From assembly GCA_950097015.1 (NCBI GenBank), contig CATNEN010000030.1:4464001-4528000 (forward strand): DNA of 64,000 bases. Direction: 5' to 3'. The translations under genes and the position numbers were made by a program. Origin of the DNA: Macrostomum hystrix (lineage: Eukaryota; Animalia; Platyhelminthes). The first letter of the stretch is position 1, and each line of letters begins with the position of its first letter. Below the pieces are notes generated by a model that worked only from the letters and a program-made list of their open reading frames with translations, was not told the DNA's origin and did no database searches. Of the stretch, positions 10,504-25,099 are shown piece after piece.

Positions 10504-12199
10504 ATGGGCGTGCAATTCATAATAATAGTAGTTATGATATAATATTTTATAAATGAAAATTTTCTACAACCTGCGCTGGTTTGTAGATGAAAACAGGCAT
10601 TATACGAATAATTATAACTACGTCCAATACCAATAGTATTAGCTACCTTTATCTCTGGCCGGCTACAGGACGGCTACATTTCGCAACTTATTTTGAGTCT
10701 ACTTTGCCTATTAGGCCTATGCCTTAAAAATACGACAGAAAGAAAGAAACAGAACAGAACAAAGGTTCTGTGACGCATAGAGATATACCACAGGAAGATA
10801 GAAAAGCAGTAGGAATAAATCATAAATGTTGATTTCTCGTTTTACAAGTTATGGCCAAGCGAGGACAACAACGAAAATTCAAAACTTAGGTATAGACAAA
10901 CAAATATTTTTAATGCATATTCTTAAGTTTATTTTTTACGAAATGAATAGTTCGCTCAAATACTTTTTTGTCCTTGATTTATCTTTTGGCAGCTACGTTG
11001 CAATAAATCTATAGCCCAAACAGTATTGTACAACACCCTACGTTATTTCGATTCACGTTGTAAATAGTTTCGATTACGTAATTTGCTGCAAAAATAATTT
11101 CAGGCAAAAATAATTTAAAGCCTCAACAGCACGGAGAACATCACGGGGATTCTCTCACGGAGATACGTAACGTACACACGCACGTATTCAGCTCGATTCC
11201 GCAAGCAATATGTTCAAAATGAGCAAACTGCAAGACTAAGAACTATACTTATGAACTTGTATACATGCATCCGTATGAGTAATTTAACTGTATCGCTACG
11301 CTTTGAGCACTGTAGCAGGATTATAGTATGAAGGACGCACTAAGCTTAATAAGCACGAAGCAAACAAATAAATTTAATTGTTTTTTTTCAACATTGCGCT
11401 TATTACTTAGCTACTTAGCTACAGAAACATTACAGCAGAGAGCGTGGATTGGCATACTGCAGTTCTGATCCACTGCATGCCGAATAAGGAGTCTGAATTC
11501 TGTGAAAAGGCGCGGGATTACCGGCCTTTTGCATTTATCACCGACGCTTTTAGGGAAGATAATACAATATTAATTCTTTACTGCAGAGATCCGCAGATGA
11601 ATGGCGCGGCAACGTAGACTTGGTCGTAGAATTTTGCCTCTTAATTCGATCATGTACAAAAAGTAGCGACAAAAGCTGGTCTCCATATAAAAAAAAGAAA
11701 ACTACTGCCCTCCGCTTCACCACGGGCTGTCAAACGCTGTAATCAAACAGCAGCCAAACTTCCTACTCGTATCCCCAAAATTTATATTTCTCCAATCATT
11801 AATGCCCCAAAATTAAATAATTCCAGAATCAAGTTCTGCAAGTCTTTCATTAGCCCTCAAATTTCTTATCTCCTATATTATCGATCCTCTCCCAAATATC
11901 CTAAATTGTAGGGATGTGAAATGCATTATCGATTTCTTTTGGGAAGTGATATTTGGGGAATATGAATCGAAGTTTGTTGTTTGTGAAACTTGGGTGACAT
12001 GCATGATCTGTTGGTTATGAAAGCACCTCATTCATCCTTACGTGAAATTCCGGGCTGTTGAAAGTGCTTGCCGAAGCACTTTGGGGATGTGAAGCTTGTT
12101 GGTTGAAAGTACCTCATTTCATCATTCTGAGCGCCCGCTTCACCGACACCAGAGCACTGCACATCCACTGCAGACTTTTTGTCACACATAAAAGCCAAG

Positions 12200-13540
12200 A
12201 TCGAGAGCTCTCTTTCCAAGATCTGCCAAGTCTGTGGAAAATGTCAATAATCGTTTCAGCCGCTCGACCAGGCTGATGGAGGGCATGGATGCAACTCAGC
12301 ACCCTTTCTTAGATATCTTAGATGCGTGAACCGGTCCGTGCCCACCAGCGTATAGAGCAGCGTAAAGCACAACGTGGTACGTTGACCCAGATCCTCGAAC
12401 TCCGCCGTGTCATCGAGGAGGCGCGCATCCGCCAGTCAACGCCGATCGTGGTGTTTATTGACTTTCGAAAGGCGTTTGACTCGGTGTCGAATGCCGCGCT
12501 CCCATTCATCCTCCGTGCCTACCGGGTACCACAGCAGCTATTTGCAGCGGTCATGTCATTGTATCGCAACACGCGCAGTGCTGCTGTGACGGCGCACAGC
12601 CTGCAGAATGCTCATCAGGAGTGCTGCAGGGCGACACGCTGGCCCAGTTCCTCCTCACGCTTTTCCTGGACTGGGTGCTTCGGACAGAGCAGCCGTCAGA
12701 CGAAGACGGCTTTCTACTGCGTAGATGGATTGATCGCCGCCATTATGAGAAGCGCCTCAGCGTGCTTGGCTACGCCGACGACCTCGCCATTCCGTCCTCG
12801 TCTGTTAAAGGCACCCAGCGCCAGACAGACAGGTTGGTCGAGGTGGCATCAAGTGTTGGCCGATGTAACCGAGGTGGCATCAAGCGTCGGCCTTAAGACC
12901 GAGGTGCTGACCGCTCGGCAGACATTCAAGCGTACCTGACGTGCCGCGGCGCAGACAGGCAGATCAGCTTGCTCGCACGCTGTCAGCAGTTTACTTACCT
13001 CGGCGACCTGGTGCACCACGTTGAGGAGAACATCCGGCGGCGCAGAGGATTCGCATGCGCGGCCTAACGGTCGATTCGTGCCGTCCTCCAGTCCAAGGCG
13101 CTGCCTGACCGCCAGAGAGCTCGGCTTTGGCAGACGGTGGTCGAGAACGTCCTGCCGAGTCGTGGACCCTGATGGCTACGCTGGAGAGGCAGCTGGACTC
13201 GGAGCACTCGGGGCTTCTGCGGCCTTCCAAGCTGACGAGAGCGTCAGGTCCCAGGCTCTCTACGCTACGAGCTAATTCCAGAGCCCTGCTGCAACGCCCC
13301 TCCACCACCCTGCGCCAGCGGCGAATTCGACTAGCGGGTCATATGATTCGGGCTGAAAATTACTGCCGCCAACCTGTCCAGGACGTCCTGCTGCTCACCT
13401 TGCAGGGCCCATTCAGGCGCGGCCAGGCTGGGACCCTCAGCTACGTCGACTGCCTGCTAAGCGACTTCGGGGCGCCAGACACTGCCAACGGGGCGGACTT
13501 TGTTCGCACACTGGCTCTGCGGCACGCCATCTGACGCTGC
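12200..13540 (+). mobile_element. 5'-truncated, frameshifted RTE-like non-LTR retrotransposon
   Basis: VFIDFRKAFDSV, LQGDTLA..LF, GYADD, and C-terminal RRIRLAGH..R motifs spread over shifted frames. 5' boundary approximate. Confidence 0.85.
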
Positions 13541-15434
13541 CTCTCTGACTTTTGGGACTTGCGCCCTTTTTTGTTGCTGCCGTTGATATTGACCTCTAGT
13601 TCATGTTTTTATCACTTTCTGAACCCGAATGAAACTGAACAGTTTCCTTGTAATGAGCCTCTTTTGTTGCTTAGGTTTCATAAAACAAATAATTTTCTCA
13701 CTACAGCAGCCAAATTATCTAATTATGCGCTGATGGCATAGTGACAGTACGAGTAGCAAGCTATTGATTACTTTATCATAACCCCCAACTCCGCTTTTTC
13801 CCACCCTGCTCCCTTCTGCATCCCGTGTTCGATGCTGCTTTACATGACATATTGAATAAATAGCGATAAACTGACAATAAATGCCTAGGACGCTTGTACG
13901 AGACTCGTATGCTTATTTTATTATCACCGAGTTGATTAATCAAACATGCTGAAAGCGAGGTAAAATAATCAATCTAAAAAACAGGAATTACTTTTTGCAA
14001 TTGTGAAATTTAATCATGATTAAGCTCGTAAATATGCTACAGACCAAACATGTACTTTCGGTTGAGAAATACTCGTATGTTTTATACATGACATGTTTTA
14101 TATAACATTCGCTTTTGCGAAATATCTCTAGCTCTATCTCCCAGAAAAGATCTTGAACCAAGCGTCAATGTAGGTTTCTTATTTTATAAACAATTAAGCA
14201 TTTGTGCTGTTTAGTGATTAACTTTGTACTTGTGGTGTAGCACAACAAAATATAAAAAGTGAGTTCTTCGCCTTTATTAAAGAAAGAAATATCTGACTAA
14301 AGTAAAAATGGGAAGATTATTAACAGACAAGCAGCTTCGCATGCAGTTTGAGGAAAGCTACAGCAACAGCACGGTTTGATACAGCTAGAAGAAGATGGTC
14401 AGGAGGTCTTGGTACAAACCTTCACGTCTTTCTCAGAAAAAAAACATTGCAGAAAACGGAGGGATTGCAATAAAAAAGCAGAAAGGATCTCATTAGGAAT
14501 GTTACGTATTGTAGCTCGTAGTATCTCCGAGTACGAATTAAAAAATAAACAGTTATTTATTTATCTCTAAGGACGTAATCTGCTATATTCTACGAGCTAC
14601 ATCGAGGTCCTGAAAAATGATGAGCTGATTCTTAATCTCAACGGAACTTGAAAACAGTACGTAAGAATCGGAAAACCGATTGCCAAATTTTAATAACCAG
14701 CTTTTTTAAAAACTGATAAAACTTTCATGAAAGCTAATTTTGATACAGGAATTGGCAGATTTTGTAAGACGAATTTCTAAAAATATGCAGCAGTTGAACA
14801 CAACACATTAGTATCATAAATATATACTCGTAGTTAAGTTTTCGTGAGATTCGCAAAAGCAAAAGCAAGAAAACTCATCCAAAACTGCATAAAGACATTC
14901 TACCAAATTAAAAACAAACCTGTATTTACGCCCTCGATCGACTAAGCATTTAGGGATTTAGAAAACTATCAGTTTTCAAGAAGAGCTTTACTGCCAAAGC
15001 TTAGGAACAATGAAACCCAACAACAGTACAGGAACAAAATTCGTAAACTTTTGCTGCGCATTTCGAGTAATTTCCAACTGTTATTGTAAACAGTAATAAT
15101 GGCTTTTAGGCCTTCATATGAAAGTAAAAGTGCATTATACACAAATTATATCATTGTATGAACGATTCTATGTACGTTCGTACTTCTAGTTAGGTATCTA
15201 GACTGTTCGAATGTGTTTTGAGAGATGAAAATTAAAGTAGCTTATGAGCAGCCATGATCTTTGACTCTCGCTTGAGATCTACAGCGAGAACCTGTATAAA
15301 ACTTGCTATCTTAGTTGCAGTTTGTATTGCACAACACTGCTTTCAGCATACTTATATATGAACAGCAAAAGTTTACAAAAAGTAAACTACTCTTTTACAC
15401 GTAGGTTTGTGCTAGCACGTCTTTGACCAACAGT

Positions 15435-18400
15435 TCACTGAAATGGTACTAGACAGTAGACAAGGTCGGAATTAATCAGTCGAAATTCCGCAGGCGGGTT
15501 TGTGACGACCACTCTCTTGGTGGTCTGTACATCGCCCATGTTGTAGCTGTCCCTGTATCGGTACACACCGAAGCAAAGAATTCCATGGGACTTCAGTACG
15601 CCAGTGAATAGCTCGCCATATGTTGACTGGCCATAAGTACGCAGCCGTGTGTCCAGCATTGATAGCTGCATGATGCGGCAGCGATTTCTATTGGCCTCAA
15701 TCTCCGGAGTAGCCTCGGTGCCGTCCATGCTGAGACCCTCGGCCATTAAAATCTCCATCTCCGGCGTTGCCCCACCAGTGACAAGTGTTCGAATCAATGT
15801 CATCGCGTTCATGTTGTAAAACACAGTCGACATCAGCGAGTCGAGAACATCCGTTGTGAACGCGTTACCGCATGCGTACGGCTGTGAGTTGTAGATTTCC
15901 TCTTCATCTGAGTCATTGTCATCTTGGTCCAAAAATTGAATATTTTTGCCGACAAAAATTTCCGTCAGAATCGGAATGGAAACCTTAGACATTAGAGACT
16001 TTGCCTTGGCATCCTTATTCTGGAAAGCCTGCATCTGGGCCTGGACGCCGGTGTCCAGTTCTTCTGAAAAAGACATTGCCTTAATATTGAGTGTGCACAG
16101 TACTACTTCTTTATCCATCAGGTAAGGATCCATTTGGTCCTTCCACTTGGATTTTGCACTCATGATGACGCACATATCGCACAGGTTAATCTTGGCGCTT
16201 CGCAGAATAACGCGGCTCATTGGCGATCCCGGGAACATATAAATTTTAGGGAAATTCTTAAGTGAGTGCCACTCGCTCTGCAGGAATTCCAGATTGCCAA
16301 TGAACACAATCGGCTTCAACTCATTTAGACGGAAGCTGCTGGCCCTCAGAGGCATGACGAAGCTCCGGAGACCAATGAGAGGCGAATCGCTATCAGCAAA
16401 CATAATCACTATGTAGTGCTCTCGAAGGTTATACCGACTAACGTTGGCGGGAGTCAGCATGACATCCTCGAAGTTCTTTTCAGGACACCAGTGAAACATG
16501 CCAGTTAGGTCAAAGTACTCTGTATTCTGCTTGTTTGGATCGTCGCTAGAGAATTCAGCGTACTGTTGGTCATCGGCACCGAACTCTGTCTCTTGTACTG
16601 TGGCCAGGATCTTCTTTCTCGACGCCACTTGAATTTCCGGTCGGCGCACATTAGCACTATTGCCTCTCAGGCGAGTCACCTCGTGTGGCCCATCATGAGC
16701 AGGCGATTCTGGACCATTGATCTCAGGCTGGCAGCTGCACTTTCGAATCTGTCGCGGGTCAACCAGATCCCGATGGCACCTATTGCAGTACAGGTAAGCC
16801 CGTCGAACCTCCTCTTGAGAGTCCGCTACGAAGAAGCCATGACAGCCGTTGTAAATGAAGGCAGACCTGCCTGGCGGATTGATGGAAAGGAAGCGATCTC
16901 CATCACTGTTTTTGGCCTCGATGGCAAACAGAATTACCCGGAGCTTGTTGTAGCAGAGCATCACCGCCTCCTGGAATGTCATGCCAACGAACGCATTGCT
17001 GAAGTACTCCGAGTAAATCTCCATCGCACTGCCGTCCTGATAATCCTTTTCCCAACTTCCAATCAGATGCGAATCGCTCATCGATCTGGTAGAGAAGAGG
17101 TTCGCCATGAGAGTTGAGAAGCCAGGGGCAAGGCAGCTTTGAGCAAGGAAGCCCTGCTTCAGCTCAGCTACGCATAAGCACTCGTCCCCAAGCCGCCAGT
17201 CCCAGTTAGGAATATTCAGCAGGTAACCCTTGTTGTGATATTGAAGCAGTTGAATGATGCAACGAGTCTTCGGAGACACATTCTTGATCGAGATGACGCG
17301 CATGATGTTTGAAGCGTCCTCAGCATCCGGATCCTCGGCATACTTATTGCAAAGAATGATGGCTGCGGCTGACGATTCAAGGCAGACGCGTCTGGAATAG
17401 CAGTGACCAATGTACATTGTGGAATTTACGCACAATAAAAGGGTTGATAAGCTGAAAAAGTAACTTTGAATTTGCTGTGCTTTTACTCACAAAGCAGACA
17501 TTTATAATTATCATTTTGGGATAATAATTTTACCACCTTATAAATACCTTATCGTAGTTTATTCACGCTCTGAGAACTTACTGACAGTCGCTTGGATTAA
17601 GCACAGATCCTATGAAGTAGACAAGGTTGCCAAAATTTCTCTTCAACAGCGTCTGAAACTCCAGGCTGGGCTCCTTTTTATTGATGCAAACCACCTCGAC
17701 ATCTGTGTCCTCTCGGTCCTCGTGCAGGAAGTCCTCCAGGAAGCTCTGGATGGACTCTTTAGAGACCGCGCCGCAGACGACGACGTGCCGCCTGCCATGT
17801 TCCTTCTTGTAGCGGCCTGCGTACGGACTGCGACTGGTGATGATCTCGGCGATCTCCGGGATGAACGAAGCGAAGATACCCAGGGCCACCATTATATAAA
17901 ACGAAATGAAGAACTTGCCCCAGTCAGTTTTCGGTGAGAAATCTCCGAAGCCAACAGTGCTCATTGTTACGATGGTGAAGTACATGCAGTTGCCGAACGT
18001 AATGGGCTGCAATTTGGAGGACGATTGATAATTGAATGGCGTTTTAATGTTCTGTCTTAACAAAAATTTGTTATCAACTGTACTCTTTATATATTTTTTC
18101 CAGATATCTAAGTGAGAAAGTATAGTTTGCTAGGTGTTTGAATTATTGTTTTTAATAATTTTGCGCACTTCAAGGCGATAGGATCCATCCGGTATAGCAA
18201 TGGCTCAAATCTTGAATCTATAGAATTACACAGAAAGATGATAAAGGAGTTTCTACAAAAAACCTACGGCTAGAGATTCTGCAAATTCCCCATTCCCCGT
18301 TTCAATTCTTAACATTCTTGAAAAACAGCGCACACAATAACCGCATTTTTAAACCATAAAGCCATTTTGGTCAACTGAAGCGTCGTATATCGAGATATTC

Positions 18401-19817
18401 CTTTTATAGTATTCAAAAGTACGCTCTTTTTCAGCGTTGGACAGCAATTTCTAATCGAAGAAAACGCAGAAACGAATGAATGTTATTGAAGCAAGTCTCT
18501 CGCTTTTATATCGCTGTGATCCGGAACCGCTAATTTGCATTCTCATCCCACAGGACTGAAATACTGTCTTTCATAATGAATTCTAATGGGGAAGACCAGA
18601 GGAGTCAACCACAGGAAACCCGTGTGGAGCTGTGTAGTATCGTGAATTATAAACGGATGTGAATGCTTTTCCGTTGCTGCTACAAAAAGCTGAGAGTGGT
18701 TCGCATATGACCCTCTTCTGCAACTCCCAACGGCTTTCTTGGAAGACAATCTTACAATCGAACAAGCGCTGCACACCTTAAGCTGAGTAAACTAAAGGTA
18801 AGATTTCGTTCTAATCTAAATTCCTTTCAGCCCAAAAGTGCATTTTCAAATCGCGAGCCAAGCAGTCTAGGTGTGCATTCCAGAACATACCAAAATCTAT
18901 TTCTGGCCTGCGAGCTAATGACCCGTTGCACAAGAGCATAAAAACGAATCCTTTTTGTGAAACCTGGGATTTGAAATTTATTTTTTTGTTTCTAAATATG
19001 TACTTACGTTTGCATTAGAATAGTCGTACTGCGGATCGCCCCCGTTCTCAAAAAGGTGCGTTACCCCGGCTCCGATGACCCAAACGCTGAGAAACGTCGT
19101 GACCATTTGAAAGAAACGAATTATCGTGCCGGATTTCAGAACATTCAGGAATTGCAGCACGTCTGGCAGGGTCATAATGCGGAGGCAGCGAATGAATCTA
19201 AGGCCCAACCAGGACTGGTTCAGATAAATGTTAACGAAGGCAGGTGGAACGGTGCAGAAATCGACGATCGAGTATATCTCCACCCAGAACCAGATCTTGT
19301 CCTGCGCGGCCAGAAATCTTATGCAGAAGTAGATCAAAAAAACTATGTTGAATGCCAGATCCACCTGGTTCATAACATTCTGTGACCACGGAACGCAATT
19401 TTCAACAAAGCCAACTAGAAACGTGGCCTCGTAGATATAGATCCCAACTGAGGAAATGCTCAAGCAGAAGATGAGCACAACTAAGATGCGTCCTGTGATG
19501 CTCTGGGCGCTGATAAGCTCGTTGGCCCACTCCTTCACCTCAGACGTCCAGTCGATTCCATCGCTTCCTTCGTCAGCCTGGGCATCACTTTTGGCAACTA
19601 AATTGATTTCCTTGCCAATCTCAGTGCTGCCACCTTGTCTGCTGCGGCGCACGCGTTTGACCAGCCAACCGATGATACGAATCAGAATGAGAAGCAGCAG
19701 ACCACCGATAAAGGCGATACCGGTCGAGGCCAGGTGAATGTACCACATCCGCGTAGTGCACGCCATTACCACGCCTGTCGACGAGCTTCCAGAAGATGCT
19801 GCTGGAGTCGTTGTCAT
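15435..19817 (-). CDS. slo-1: Large-conductance Ca2+-activated K+ channel alpha subunit (Slo1/BK); 3 exons, 1063 aa
   Basis: Exons 19817-19008, 18006-17582, 17391-15435, all GT..AG and frame-consistent. S0-S6 with S4 GLRFIRCLR, filter TVGFGD, RCK1 DFLHEDRED, heme motif CNRCH, Ca-bowl QFLDQDDND. Confidence 0.95.
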
Positions 19818-21577
19818 GTTGATGCAGCCACTTTCTTAAGCGTTTAACTCTTTACTATCAGGGCCTTTTAAAGTTCTGATGCAAAGCCACTCTCTTTGCG
19901 TATTCCCCTCAGGGAAATGATTAACGAAGAGGATCTGCGGCACAGAAAAGGCTGCTGCTTGCTGTTTGCTGCCACTGCTGAGGGGAAAAGTCCGGGACCA
20001 GGGGATGGAGAGTCGTCATGGCAAGGAGGTCGGTACAATTATATGTCTCGCTCTGGACGCGATACTCTGTTAGTCTCGACAGCCAATGAGGTTGAGCCAG
20101 AATGAGCCTGAGGCAGAAGCGGGGACTTGGTTTAGTCAGAAGGTGGGGGTAGGCAGATAGAGGATCTTTGAGAGAAAGGTGGGCAAAAATACAGGGTGGA
20201 GCTGAGATGGGAGTGACGTGTGGTGAAAGTGCAAGAGAGGAAAAAGGGTGGGGCGCTAGAGAGCGAGATTGAGTGGTGAATTTGGTTCGTGCTGCCTTAT
20301 TATTATTTAACTACAGCATGTATTAAGAAAATTGTGTCAAAGACAAAGAGCGTACGTTTGCCGAGAGAAGATTCTTGAGCTGGGGTCATGTGTGCTCAAG
20401 CTTAAACTTTCACAACTTCACACCTCACACCTTAAACTGAGCGGACGCTACCAATTAGAGCTTTCACGTCATGACAGGCGAAGACAGAGCTCCGACGATG
20501 CATGAAATACTACAGCCGCTGCAAGAACGCAAAACTTGCAGCTGCCACACAACCATTTAAGCTGCAGATGATCCAGCTGCATCAGCCGCATGGTTGTCAT
20601 TTCGCCGCAAAGTATCCGATGTAGGGTTTGACAACTTTAGTTCAAGTTTGTTTGGAGAGTGCATCACCACGACGGCCAACAAGTTCTTCTATCCAACGTG
20701 CCCGAAGACGATAATTATAATTATTCATAGGCTACTAATATAAAACTCTAAAGGCACAGATCTTGGGGGGGAGACGCTACGAGTAAACAGTCATCAACGT
20801 AGTTAAGGAAGCAATGGTTGGAGGACCGCCGTGCAACGCAGCTTGTCATTTACATGCGCCGAAGATTCTCCTAGGTTGGTTTCAAAGTCGATTTACATTG
20901 AACTGCTAAAGGCAGCTCTCGTGGGGCATGATTCAGCGCACCCAGAAAAACCTTTGTTTTTTCACCTCCTTCACTGTGACGAGCGATCCCAGTGCATCAG
21001 CAGTCACGGCTTGTCTGCACCAGACGATCGACGCGACTAAGCGATCTTCGCGGCAGTCAAGACATGGAAACATCTGCCACAAGGCCAGACCGTCACACTG
21101 AAACCACAAGCCACCCCTAGGTGCTTTTGCCAAACGAAATGAGACGTTTCCTAGGTTCCGCAGGTATTTGCAATAAAAACTTCGTAAAAGACAACAAACT
21201 GCAGATAAGCCTAGAGCTTGAGCTGTCTCAAACTTCAGGTTCTATCCCTTTCACTGTCAAGTCTACAGCTCTGTTTTCTTAAATGTAGCAGACGCTACTG
21301 TCAAGCCATGCACTTCAGATTTCAAATGTACCGTAAGTTTATACATCTGGAGAAAAAACTGGGTATGCTGCTCGTTGATCTCTTTGCTCGGGTCCAATCT
21401 AGTTCTATGAACTTGACTAGCAACCACTGTGTCCATCTGCACATCGCAGCTCTTCTCTGAGCGTATCCACAGCATCTCAAAGAGCAAACTAACGATACGA
21501 CGCCGTTTGTGAAGCCTAGGCGTGCAATTTATGTCTATGTATAAGTGCACCAGCCAGAGCAAGGTTTTTCTACATCA

Positions 21578-21772
21578 GGGCCGGGGTGAGTGGGAGACCG
21601 GTTAAAGCATTTGCCTCTTGCACTAAGGTCCTTGAGATCGATTCCGCAGGTCACGTTCATTTGGAGCGCAGCCCGGAGGGCTTGTCTTGTCGTGCAATTT
21701 ACGCCCTTGAGGGGCAACCTCCAAGGCAACAGAGAAAGTGTACACTGCCTGATTTTGAGAAAGTAAGGGAAG
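21578..21772 (+). mobile_element. tRNA-derived SINE copy
   Basis: Degenerate A/B boxes. Body blocks CAC.TTCATTTGG.GCGCAGCC, TTGTC.TGCAATTTA and GTACACTGCCTGA are shared with the copy at 53363. Confidence 0.7.
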
Positions 21773-24700
21773 ATGTACACACTTGTGTGAGCGTGTGCCT
21801 GAGTACGGTATTTGTGTGCGTGTGTGCTCAGGAGTCAGCGGAATGGGCAGAATTGCCTCCTCGCTGGCTGTAGGTCTAGTGTCACCAAATTATGTGCGAA
21901 TGCCCGCAGCCCTCCTGCAATTATTATTATTTTACATCAGGGACGATGAATGTAAAATATATTCAATTCAAGAAAATGTGTCAATTTTTTTAAAAGAGAA
22001 GCACTTTAGTTAACAGAGTCATTGTTGAATGCAGCTTTAGGCAAGGAATGGATGATTGCAGTATAGTCGTCTCACAGCCCGCTTGCCGATTGCACTTGAG
22101 TACTTGGACACTTATGCTCTATAAGGATAGAAAGAAGAGGAAGCCAGGCAGGCAAGCCATGGCAGGTGAGCTGCGGAGAGCAAAGCTAGCCTGTCATTAT
22201 TTCTCTTTTAATTCCACCAGCCCATCCGGAAATTTGGAAAAGCAGCCGGGCTGAATGAGAGGCCGCTCACAGCACTGCCATCTCTGCACTCTAAAGATAA
22301 ATGGAAATTTCTACCGCTTAAAAGGCTTAGTTATCTGGCCTAGAATAACAACGAAGCATTCCACAATTCATACCTCTCGTCTCTGCCCCCTCTCCCCATG
22401 CCACCAACCCTTCTCCTCATGCAGATCCTGATAGCGAACACAAGCTTGTTGCTCAGCTGCACTGAGCACAGAAGCGCTGTACGCTGAGGGGGCCGCAGTC
22501 TCCTCATTCCAACTGTTGATAGACTGAACCGGTTAATTCCGGTTTTATTTCTTTCTAAATCGTCCCATTCCATCGCCACCTGAATGGCTGTGCACAACTG
22601 AGGATCGCTTCTGCACTTGTCCATGACGAGTGCACAGATCACAGGCAGATGTCGAGTGTCGAGTGCACTTGCAAACGCCCTGCCCTTGCTCTATATAAGT
22701 CTGGTTCCATCTAAGATTTTCATCTTGGCCGGCTGTATAACTCCATATGATATCTCTTTAATTAAGACGCAAATGTTCAGGTCTCGCGAACTAAGGACAG
22801 CCAACTTCGAGTTCGAAACGTGAAAATCCAGCATCCGATTACGTGGTCATGCATATCTGCAGTTGCGTTTCAATGAAGGCACGGGTGCCACACTACATCT
22901 GATGTAATTACGCATCTCATCGCGCAACGCAAAGATGCTACTCGTTATCACGAGAAGCAGCCCTGAGCTTTGTGAACTAAAAATATTTCATGGATTTTTC
23001 ATTCGATATTTCCGCGCAGCTAGGAGATAAAAATAAGTGTAAATAACATGGCTCAACGTGATATAAAATTCTCTTCAGCATGAAATGGCGTCTCACATAG
23101 CTCTTAAAACCTTAAGCAATTACACAACCTGCGATTGTGAAGCCTTTTACGCCTCCTCGACAGATCAATTCACGAAAGCCTTGCCAAACAAGCGCATTGA
23201 CTTTTCCATCGCTTGAATTGTTCTTTCCATCTACCGGCCCTGCTATAGTATTTAGCATAGGCTGGAGAGGAATTTACCTGCTTAGAAACTGCGCTTTCTC
23301 CCTCATATTACCAAACTGGAGACAAGAATTCCCAGAACAGACCAGTCGTCCTCTCTCATGCCTCTCCCCACATGAGAGCGCTGCTGAAACAATGAACTCC
23401 CATATTCTGACTCCCCATTCTCCCCTCCCTTATTCCCAGCCCATCTGCGCCTTTCTTACCCACCTGAGTTCAGGAGCCGTCGCTGCGAACAGAACCTTGG
23501 ACACCCCCTCAAGCTCACACAGGAGAGGCATAGCCCAGCATCTCCATTCATCTCCGAGAAGCATCTGCGGCTGACTGGTTGCCAGGACAACCCCTCGATT
23601 CTAACTCCCTCGCGCCGAAAACCCGCATAAAGTTTTTATGAGGCCCGCAGGTAAAGGCGGCAGCAGGTGATGCTGGTTGGAATCAATTGGCAGTACAGTG
23701 AAAAAATGCTCCTTAGTTGCGATACAGACAATGTAACACATGCTCAACATGTCAGAAAACATTTAAAAAATTCACACGACAAAGCATGGCCAGCAGCTGC
23801 AGACAGTACAAAATATATAAAAGTATTTTATGTAAATTCATTCGAATAATTCGTTAAAAATGCCCACTGTATGTGATCCCCCTGCGCGACACCGCAGTTT
23901 TAGTTGCCCGTGGTCGCCAGGGGCTAGCGGAATGGACGGCAACGCCTCCCCGCTGCATCCGAAGGATGCCCCCTGCAGCTAAGTCAAGTAAGTCAAAGCC
24001 CACTGGATGCATCTTATCATTTTTTATTTTTTGAACTCTTTAAAACTGCATGGAACAGTTGCGACCCGGAGCTGTCTGTCAGAGCCTCGGAGAGCTGCAC
24101 GGTCCTGGAGATGTTGCCGTCTCATCTCAGCAGGCAGATCGTGCGGCGAAGTCGGCCGAGGCCGAGGCTTATCGTGTTTTAGGCCGTCCAGCAGCTGTCG
24201 GGTGTCTTTGGGTGTCGAAGACCGCAAGGCGAGGTCTTCCGCATCGCGGAGGACAAACGAGGAGCAAAAGGCCGTCCTCTTCGGTCGGCAGGCCGGTCCC
24301 GAGTACCTATTCCACCAGTACAAATAAAAAGGGCCGCCATGCAGTGTATATAACCCAACAGCACTTCGCGTAGTGCAGGTCCGATGGTCCGTCTGACGTC
24401 ACTACACAGCAGTGATGCGGTGACTGTGTTGATCTTATATATAGTGTGCCATATGTCTAGAGCTGATGGTAGAGATCAGTTGCTGCAGCACAATTTCGGC
24501 TTGGAGCACGCGCCACCGAGTCAAAAGCCCTTGAGTAAATCAACTAGACAGCGATAATTGGCTTGACATGGATACGCGCTTCCTCGATTTTGATGTGGAG
24601 GGTCAGAATTTGCGTCCCCGAGAAACACACACGGGCCCGAATCAGTTTTACCCGTGCCACAGGAATGGGGTCCAGTTCAGACTGTAACCTGCAAACTGCA

Positions 24701-25099
24701 GGCTGGCTCAATTATAGAATACCATGGCTTCCTCATGGTGAATTATTGGATTTTATATTTCCGGACTGCCGTACGAATAGCCACTTCCTTCATCAAATAT
24801 CAAGCTTAGAGTAAGCACGCTTCGTAAATTTATACATGATACGACAGCATATTGCGAACTTATCGCTAAAACGCATTTAAGTCAAATGTATCCATTTTTA
24901 TAAAAATATTATATGCGTTAGGCGTTACACATTTATATTTTATATTTTGTTTAAACGCTTTATTATTCTTTTAAAGGCTAGGTTTTGCCTGATTTTCCTC
25001 GATACGTGGTTCAAGCTTTCGCCTCTCTCACAGTGTTCCAAGTATTTCTCAGGTTTTAACTTTTAGGTCTAGAGTAAGTCTAAGTCTAGAGTAACTACA

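Noticed and set aside
19910-19985. CCCCTCAG...CTGAGGGG stem with ATGATTA and CTGA, resembling a C/D snoRNA
   Set aside because: Imperfect C box with wrong spacing; the D box is inside the stem; lies antisense in the Slo1 5' region.
24020-24400. GC-rich patch with a faint RRGRP-type resemblance to a LINE RT C-terminus
   Set aside because: Too degenerate to assign by eye.
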